Source: Octopus sinensis (Eukaryota). From it: a stretch of 64,000 bases of DNA. Below the pieces are notes generated by a model. That model saw nothing but the letters and a program-made list of their open reading frames with translations. It was not told the origin of the DNA and searched no databases. Location of the stretch: contig NC_043005.1 in assembly GCF_006345805.1 (NCBI RefSeq), forward strand, positions 103,974,001 through 104,038,000, read 5' to 3'. Of the stretch, positions 55,170 through 64,000 are shown one piece after another; position 1 is the stretch's first letter, and every line of letters starts with the position of its first letter. Position numbers and translations under genes: made by a program.

Positions 55170-55515
55170 TTGCCTCACCTTGTACGATTCCAGTGGAGGC
55201 CTAAAATCGTCAGCTGCGTCTACAGCGAAAGGACACACATACCGAAATACGGTGGAGCAACAGTGGGTCAATTTAGGGCCAGTATAAATAACCGCCTTAC
55301 ACTTTTAGGGTCCATGAAAAGCACACTGTTACAACATTATCCAGGTATATATGGAAGCTGCTGGAACAATCTGGGTCATGCTTCAACAGGAGCAAACGGT
55401 GCAAACTGTGCTTAGCCCGAAACGACAATGATTCTACAAATCGCACGATCTGGGCGATTTCTTGAACACAAAAGGTGAAAATTTTAGCTGTTGCGGACAT
55501 GAAAGAAAATTCGTT
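55170..55515 (+). pseudogene. Degenerate Penelope-like GIY-YIG C-terminus (second PLE lineage)
   Basis: CVYS..YGGAT..QFRASINN, LSRYIWKLL, SKRCKLCL and LNTKGENFSCCGHERKF across frames. Confidence 0.6.
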
Positions 55516-55930
55516 TAGGAAATGTGGGCGTTTGCGGACTAGAGGACGGAAAAAACGTACACGTGCACTATAGACTCACTTCAATCACAGCTGGATTAGT
55601 ATAAGGGTGGGGTAACTCTTCTTTCCATTACAGAAAGAATTATTCCGTTTCGGTTCTATTTTTCACCATCAACCTGACAAAGGCTGTGCAGTGATCGCCA
55701 CCAGTACAGAGGTTATGTGCTTTCGGTCATATCTGATCAGTTGTCAATATTGTCCAGTGCAATAAGAGATGCGAATTCAATGGTAACTTTCTGATTGGTT
55801 ACATTAGATAACCAAGGATATATTACTAGAATACCGGAGGTACAGTAGTATGCTTTATTAAAAAAAGCAGCAAAGATATCCGAAAAACTGTTACTCAGAG
55901 TATGCATACATACATAGAAACATACATACA

Positions 55931-55980
<50 letters not shown>

Positions 55981-57263
55981 ATATATATGTATTACCACCT
56001 CCATTCACTACAAACACACAGACTCACATCATACCTCAACTTCTCTTCCTCCCACCCAGAACACACCAAGCTTTCCATCCCCTATTCCCATTCCTCCGTC
56101 TACGTAGGCTCTGTAGTGACGACCATGACTTTGAGACTCAGTCTCAACGTATGGCTCACCACTTCACCCTACGTGGATACCCCCTCACCACTATCCACAC
56201 CGCCCTTGCCAGAGCACGGTCCGTGGACCGTGTATATGCTCTCTCTCCCCGAACCCGCCCTGTAGTCTCCCGCCTCCCTTTTCCCCTCACTTACCACCCC
56301 ACGACCCTACGTCTCCAACGCACCATTCTTCGAGCTTTCCGTCATCTCCAGTCCGACCCGTCACTTCACACCTCTTCCCTAACCGACCCCTCCCCTCTTT
56401 CAAACGAGCCCACAACCTTCGAGACCTTTTGGTCCATAGCTCCTTCCCTGACCCTACCTCCCAACCCGGCTCGTTCCCCTGCTCCCGCCCACGTTGCCGC
56501 ACTTGCCCTTACCTCTCCAACACCACCCGCCTCGCTAGCACCCACCATCGACCCTATCCCATCATCCACTCCTTCACCTGCACCTCCAGCAATATTATCT
56601 ATTGCATCTCTTGCTCTCTCTGCAATTCCTTGTACGTCGGACAAACGGGACGCCGCTTGGCTGACCGGTTCGCGGAACACCTTCGTGACATCCACCTTGC
56701 GAACGACACACCGGTCTCACGCCATTTTCCGCTCCACCGGTCACTCCTTGCAACACCTATCTGTGTTCGGTTTGTCCTTACACAGAGGCCATCCGGATTC
56801 CCGTTTGCGCCGTGAACAGGAATTAATCTTCTCTCTTCGCTCTTATACGCCATTTGGTCTCATCTCCCCCCCCTCCTCATCTAACCCCCTCTCCCCCCTC
56901 CTCACCTATCCTTTCTCCCCCCGACCCCTACTTCTTCAGTCCTTCATCCTTTCACCCCTACTCCCCTTCCTTCTCCCCCCTCCCTCTTCCCCTTCCCTCT
57001 GCTCCCTCACTCCCTCTCTCCCCTTCTCTCTCCCCCTCTCCCTCTTTCCTCCTTCATCCCCCTCCTCCCCTTCCTTCTCCCCTCCTCTCCTCTTCCCCCT
57101 TCTCCTCCCCCTCTTCTTCCCCCTCTTCTCCCCCTCCCCCTCTTCTCCTCACTACACCACATGACTTTACACATCACATCACATATGATGTGCCATACTA
57201 ATACACACACCAACTAATACATACTAATACGTACTCTAACATACTAGTACATACTAATACTTA

Positions 57264-57532
57264 CACCAACCCTATACATACACACGTCCAGACCCCGCAT
57301 ACGCACTTATACTCTCTCACACACACACACACACACCTATACATACCAAACGTACTAATACATACTAATACATACTAATACATACACCAACCCCATACAT
57401 ACGCACGTCCAGACCAATCCTACGCACTAATACTCTCTCATACACACACACACACACACACAAACCCTTATACATACTAATACATACACACCAACCCTAT
57501 ACATACACACATCCAGACCCCTCCTACGCACT
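57264..57532 (+). repeat. Three-copy ~105-120-bp repeat in the PLE 3' UTR
   Basis: CACCAACCC(T/C)ATACATAC..TCCAGACC..TACGCAC at 57264, 57385 and 57489. Confidence 0.85.
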
Positions 57533-57705
57533 ATTAGCTGGTCCCTCAACCCTTTTATCAACCCTATTATCTCCCCTTATTTCGCTCTCGCGTCTCATGT
57601 TTGATCTTTGACCTCTGGCCGAAATCAGATCGCCATGTTGATTCGTTAGCTACTGCACGCATTTTTTTTTCTCTCCTTCTTTCTGTGTTTTTCTCTCTGT
57701 GTGTA

Positions 57706-57743
57706 TCTTTCTGTTGAAGAGCGTAGGCTCGAAACGTTAAAGA
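57706..57743 (+). ncRNA. Minimal hammerhead-like motif in the PLE terminal repeat (variant core)
   Basis: TCTTT-CTGTTGA-A-GAGC[GTAG]GCTC-GAAA-CG-TT-AAAGA. Confidence 0.55.
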
Positions 57744-57840
57744 CTTGTTTTATTTATATTTCCTGAGCGCCATACTAATACAATTGTTCGTTTGTTTTCC
57801 ACCTGCCTTCGTCTTTTGTTTATTTTCATAAAGCTTCCCG

Positions 57841-57878
<38 letters not shown>

Positions 57879-58774
57879 CGTATATATAAGCACATGTATA
57901 TATGTATATACATATATATTTACATATATATATACATACATTACTTTCTCTCTTTTTGAGATTTGATGATTGGTGTATAAATCGAAGAATGTAAGGTTTC
58001 TTGTATTATTCTTTACTATAAATAGACAATTCATGTTTGTGTCTTGACCCTCGTTGTGAAGATTTCTCCGTAAGAGACTGGAATTTCTTTTATCTTGATT
58101 ATGGCATGATTTTCTAAAAATTTCGAGCATTATTTTTCTGAGGGAATATTTTTTTATTTTACATGTCGTCACTCGTCTACTTGAATCCCTTAATATTGAA
58201 TATATATGTCTTGCCATATTAAATGCGGTATTCAGTTTAATATAGGATGGGAGTTAAGATCTGACATCTTAGCGTGTATCCATTTCCTTGAATTTGAGAT
58301 TGTAACAGTCTCAATTTTTGTATTTACCAAAATGTGAATTCGGTTAATTTATAAATGCGCTTTATTAATTTCAGGACTCATGTAAGTTATTTCTTACTTC
58401 TGTCCGAAAATATGAAGTCATCCAAAAATGTTTTCCAGTATTGTTTAAATAGGATTGGAAATGTTCACCAAAAGTTATCCCAAATTGGGCATGAGTTTTT
58501 CTTCAAGGAATCCCATCAGTTGTATTGCAAACGTTGGTGAAACTGACGTGTTCATTGCCGTCACTTATAATTGAAGAAATAATTGGTTATTAAAGAAGCT
58601 GTTTCCAAGCACCAATTCTGGTATAAATTCATTTGGCAATATGTGTCGACATATGTGTATGTTTGTGAGTGGGGGTGGGGGTGGGGGTGAGGTCTTTAAA
58701 ATTAGATGGGAATACATCGTTAAAAATGATGGAAAATATATTGGTGCAAAAATCAAGCCATTTTATGAACTCAA

Positions 58775-59177
58775 AAATAATTTTTCTACTCTAGGGACAA
58801 GGCCCGAAATTTCTAGAGAGGAGGCTAGTCAGTTAGATCGACCCTAGTACGCAACTGGTGCTTAATTTATCGACCCTGAAAAGGATGAAAGGCAAAGTCG
58901 ACCTCGGCAGAATTTGAACTCAGAACGTAACGACAAACGAAATACCTATTTCTTTACTACCCACAAGGGGCTAAACACAGAGAGGACAAACAAGGACAGA
59001 CACACGGATTAAATCGATTATATCGACCCCAGTGCGTAACTGGTACTTATTTAATCGACCCCGAAAGGATGAAAGGCAAAGTTGACCTCGGTGGAATTTG
59101 AACTCAGAACGTAACGGCAAACAAAATACCACTAAGCATTTCGCCCGGCGTGCTAACGTTTCTGCCAGCTCACCGCC
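58775..59177 (-). mobile_element. SINE B dimer (full tail-1 copy fused to a head-truncated copy with another tail)
   Basis: Junction GACAAACGAAATAC|CTATTTCTTTACTACCCACAAGGGG at about 58945. Confidence 0.85.
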
Positions 59178-59329
59178 TTTTATTAGGCAATCAAAACATC
59201 AGTTAGGGGCATCATTTCTCGGTGCTTTCCCAACAAACAAATCACACCGCTTTATTGCCCTTCTCTCATTGTACGTTTTGGCATTCTATCAAATCTACTG
59301 ACACTTAAATTCTTCATTTCCTACTTATT

Positions 59330-59800
59330 ATAAATTTCAAGATGACATCATCCATAATCATAGTAAATCCAGCAAGCTCTTCCTTCAAACTTTGAAACTT
59401 TTGTATTACTACAGCGCTCTTCTCCGCTGACCTAGATTCTTCAAAGAACTTCCGAACTATAGTAACAGTTTTCCAAACAAATCAATAAATGAATGCTAAG
59501 TGACCACCAGTAATCTTTTACAAACTTATCCGGATTAGCATCTAGCGCACTGAAAATATTATTAAATGATTACTGCAGGTATGGCAGCTTGAAAATTGCT
59601 GTTACCGCCTGCTGCATCAGCTGCGGAATAGATGCCCTACTTCGAAGAAAGTGAGTTGCGTTCACGTCAAGTTTCGCTTGAAATTCATTGAAATTTGAAG
59701 GATAAGTAAATGTGTTATCAAATAGGAACCACATCTCTTCGTGGCAGTTCACAGAGCTGAAGTTATACATAACAATGCAATTCCCGTGTGATTAACGGTG
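59330..59800 (-). pseudogene. Degenerate coding relic, possibly Pif1/Helitron-type helicase
   Basis: Across frames: TGIALL..FTYPSNFNE..IPQLMQQAVTAIF..FSALD..KITGGH..VWKTV. Colinear with but only loosely similar to Pif1 motifs (SGIAA, FKIPLNL, LIxQAxLII, FEALD, GGDF). Confidence 0.35.
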
Positions 59801-60573
59801 TTCTAATCCCGATCATCTTCCCTGTATTTTTCTTTTGAGCCAGAGATCTACGTAAGTCACTGCATGAATGCCTTTGCGATATGAAGGAAATTTGGTTCAT
59901 ATTTTTAGCAGCTCGAATAAACTTCAATGCCTAAAGATAAAGACAGTTCTAATACATCTCGAACTCCAACTCTCTGGAATGAAGCAGAGTATGAAAAATG
60001 CACAACTATTCGTATTGTTTTCTTTTTTTTGACAGACCTTTGATCTTACTATTTAGACGAAAGACCAAATGCACCACCGTAACGACAGTTAAACCTGAGT
60101 GATCTTTGCCTATAGTATTTTAATTTCTAATATCTCCATAGGGAAAGTTTACCTACTAATTGTATAGATAATCTTAGTTTACCGAAACTTTCCAACTCGC
60201 TGTATTATATATATAAAGCGCTGCTACATATGTATTTAGTATGCAGAACGCTCCGTTAAAGTATTTTCTGTCAGCCATATTGTTGATATTTTGTCAATAA
60301 CCACACTTAGCATTGTAACTAACCAGGAGTAAAGTAACACAGGACAACATTGATTTTCTGTTAGATATCCTGAAGATAAGGTCAGGCAACTTTAAAATGT
60401 CGATAATACATTCACTTTTAATAACAACAGGAAGGTAAATATGAAAATTTACAAATAAAATACAGAGAAAAAAAATCAACCGATCAAATAGTTATATACT
60501 GAACGTTATGAAGTAATTCATTTCTTTCTCCCTTTTACTCCCTCAGTGAGTCACTCTCCCACGTTTCTTTCCT

Positions 60574-60673
<100 letters not shown>

Positions 60674-60836
60674 CTCATTTCAAACGGACTGACTCACATG
60701 GACACACTCTCATATACATTTACTTATATTTCCATATATGTAACGAAGATTAACTTTCACACGCATGTACATACATACATACGCACACATATATAGATGC
60801 ATATATGCTTATACATGTAAGTATATATATGTATGC

Positions 60837-60872
<36 letters not shown>

Positions 60873-60879
60873 ATATATA

Positions 60880-60915
<36 letters not shown>

Positions 60916-61844
60916 TGTATGTATGTATGTATGTATGTTTGTATTTATGTATGAATGTGTGGGTGTGAGTGTGTGAGTGCGTGTGTGTGTTTATCTACAC
61001 AAATATACATATATAAATTTATGTATATAGAACGTGCATGTGTGTCCGAGTATATGAGCATATGCATACCTACCTACCTACCTACATACATACATACATA
61101 CATACCTACATACAAACAAACACATTCGCGTGCACACACTTTGTCACGCACATTCATATAAAACGATATACTACCATTGAAATTCGTAAGTGTCATGCCT
61201 GGTGGTATTCTGAGTTCGATGGAAGTTGATCACGCAAACTAGCATAGATAATATTGAAGAATACAGACATACACTATTACACACACATACACACACGTGC
61301 ACACACATTCGTGTGTGTGCGTGTGTGATGCATACATGTATGTATGTATTTGAACTGTCATCATGGTATATAACCGCCATCTTTAAATCACCAAATTATA
61401 CAAGAAAAAAATAGTAGTTTTGCATTATTTGCCCTGAAATGCTGTTTAGAACAACCGCCGGCTATATTTTCGTTCAAACCCACGGGCTATCCATGGACTT
61501 CCCGGTAGTTTCAACCTTTGTCAAGGATTGTGTGAATTATGTAAAGATTAAGATACACGACCAGAAGAAATAAAAGAAAAGAAACTCACGTTTCACCCCA
61601 GGCAGGTGGACAACATGTTTGTCATCAGCAAAACTCAGGTGAGGTTAAATATCTCTCAAATGTATAAATATACATACACACACTAGCAACCACTCACATG
61701 TATGTGTGTGTGTGTGTGTGTGTGTGTAAGATTTATTCAATGCTGAATTTGACATGAGAGTGGGTACTGAAATTTCGCGGTACTGCTTCATGAGGCGATT
61801 CACTCAGATTCATGTTCGAATAAATTTTCCATATATCTATATGT

Positions 61845-62072
61845 TTCTATATTACCCACAAGGGACTAAACATAAGAGGGGACAAACAAGGACAGACAAG
61901 CGGATTAAGTCGATTACATCGATCCCAGTGCGTAACTGGTGCTTAATTTATCGACCCCGAAACGATGAAAGGCAAAGTCGACCTCGGCGGAATTTGAACT
62001 CAGAACGTAGCGACGGGCAAAATACCGCGAAGCACATCGCCCGGCGTGCTAACGTCTCTGCCAGCTCGCCTT
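61845..62072 (-). mobile_element. SINE B, full length
   Basis: Reverse complement of head, core and tail 1. Confidence 0.9.
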
Positions 62073-62081
62073 ATATACACA

Positions 62082-62294
<213 letters not shown>

Positions 62295-63130
62295 CATTGA
62301 AATTTTTCAGTGTTCTACATTGAGATTTACTGAAGTTCTTAATTGAGTTCAAAGCGGTCGCTAAGAAAGTAGCAAGACTTTTTCAATTAAGGCAGTTCCC
62401 AGTGTTTCTAAATATGTGGTTGAGTGTACATATATGTAGGTGTACACATTACAATTATGTTCAATGTGTTTATGTCTCTTTAGTACTTAGATGTTTGTGT
62501 GTGTGTGTTCGTGAGCATCATAGCTTTTTACATACGTGCCTTTGTCGATGTAAACAACCAAGTGAATTCATATATCCATTTAAAGAATCGCAAGTAGAGA
62601 ATCATTGGAACGTACAGATTTTTACTGTATCTCTCATAAATTGGATTTGGAAGATATGCGTCTATTCTTTTATACTCTTTCTTTGAAAATCAGAGTATTT
62701 CTAGTTTTTGGTAGGAGTCCGTAGTTATATAGTTTAATGCGCCTTTGACGATAGGTAGAAATGAAAATTTATAGTCTAGATACAAGAGCTGTATGGTCCG
62801 CCATTAGTTTACTATAAATGTTTTCGTAACTTTTGATGGTACATTCACATCCGCAAGTAATCTGGCCCCTACACTAGTGCAATACTTTTAGTTGTGATGT
62901 GTTTGTCCCGAAATACAATTTTTAGTGGAATATTCCACTAATATTCCTTGTTTTTAAAGGTGTAAATACATTCTGGTTGTAACGTGCCTTTGATGTATCA
63001 GTTAGAACAATCCTACCTAGTATTATAAACAGTTTTGCAACTATATTATGCGTTAAGTGTAGGTAGCGTCTTGTAGACATTTTAGGGCCACTACCCATGA
63101 TGTGGGTATCTTCTACTCATGATGTGGAGA

Positions 63131-63365
63131 AGCGGCGAGCTGGCAGAAACGTTAGCACGCCGGGCGAAATGCGTAGCCGTATTTCGTCTGCCGTTACGTT
63201 CTGAGTTCAAATTCCGCCGAGGTCGACTTTGCCTTTCATCCTTTCGGGGTCGATAAATTAAATACCAGTTACGCACTGGTGTCGATGGAATCGACTTAAT
63301 CCGTGTGTCTGTCCTTGTTTGTCCTCTCTGTGTTTAGCCCCTTGTGGGTAGTAAAGAAATAGGTA
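63131..63365 (+). mobile_element. SINE B, full length
   Basis: GCGGCGAGCTGGCAGAAACGTTAGC..GGGTAGTAAAGAAATAGGTATC. Confidence 0.9.
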
Positions 63366-63774
63366 TCTTCTAGCCGGTTTAATATAACCGACATTTACGG
63401 TCAAAACGTGGAGGTTTCATGGTACATTTGTCTTCCTTGTTCGTCGGGTATTAAGTAGTTCTCTCCTGTTTCTGAATAGCCAAGACGTTTTTCTCTAGGT
63501 GTGGTGTAATGTATCTACCGCAGATCCAGTAGAAGCTTCTCTTCTGGTCAATGCTGTTGTTATTCTCTACCTTACGGGATATATAACCGCAAGCTAGAGG
63601 GTAACAGAGGATGCATTGCTGTCTGTTTGTATGATGTGTGTTTCTCTTCCATATATCTTTTTATATAGGTCATTCCAACTTCTTTGGGTCAAGTGAGTCA
63701 GTTATATACTCAGAGTATCTGCTCAGAAGTTCTAACCCTACACTAAAGATTTCGTTTTCAATCACGTAAGAGAC

Positions 63775-63970
63775 GTTAACACGCCGGACGAAATGCATAG
63801 CGACCTTTCGTCCGTCCTTACGTTCCGAGTTCAAATTTCGCTGAAGTTCATTTTGCTGTTCATCCTTTCGGGGTCGATAAAAATAAGTACCAGTTGTGTA
63901 CTGGGATCGATGTAAATGACTTACCCCCCTCCCACCCCAAAAATTTCTGGCTTTGTGCCAAAATTTGAAA
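63775..63970 (+). mobile_element. SINE B with alternative tail
   Basis: CGTTAACACGCCGGACGAAATG..GACTTACCCCCCT..TGTGCCAAAATTTGAAA. Confidence 0.8.
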
Positions 63971-64000
63971 CTTATATTACAAGGATATTGCCATGATGAT

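Larger units (their letters stand above)
55991..57843 (+). mobile_element. Penelope-like element, 5'-truncated: RT thumb + GIY-YIG endonuclease + 3' UTR/terminal repeat, inserted in (TA)n
   Basis: ITTSIHYKHTDSH / YLNFSSSHPEHTKLSIPYS / FLRLRRLCS..RGYP; PCSRPRCRTC; NIIYCISCSLCNSLYVGQTGRRLADRFAEHLRDI; RLRREQELIFSL. Several frameshifts. (TA)n on both sides. Confidence 0.92.

Noticed and set aside
63370-63620. Possible Penelope C-terminal relic on the minus strand (ELLNTR)
   Set aside because: Only one short motif; too degenerate to call.

Overview
AT-rich, repeat-saturated eukaryotic DNA with no host protein-coding exon I can support. It looks intergenic or intronic. The SINE content and microsatellite load suggest an octopus/coleoid genome, which is inference only. 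Nearly all listed ORFs are microsatellite read-throughs. Supportable content: (i) three tRNA-derived SINE families (here A, B, C); (ii) an intact tRNA-Gln(CTG) at 40659-40730 (-) inside a mariner-type MITE; (iii) a young, open-frame RTE LINE 3' fragment nested in a SINE; (iv) a Penelope-like element (RT thumb + GIY-YIG + 3' repeat) and further Penelope relics; (v) R4/Dong-type REL retroelement relics and a ~520-bp non-coding element found only in (TAA)n; (vi) decayed mariner, MULE and possibly Helitron pieces; (vii) a 100-N gap. The best hidden signal is a set of minimal type I hammerhead-ribozyme folds. A complete one lies at 14944-14999. A recurring 'extra-A' variant lies at 2386, 40046 and 57706, with covarying stem I and a palindromic stem III, attached to Penelope termini. 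All family assignments are by eye from motifs; no searches were run.
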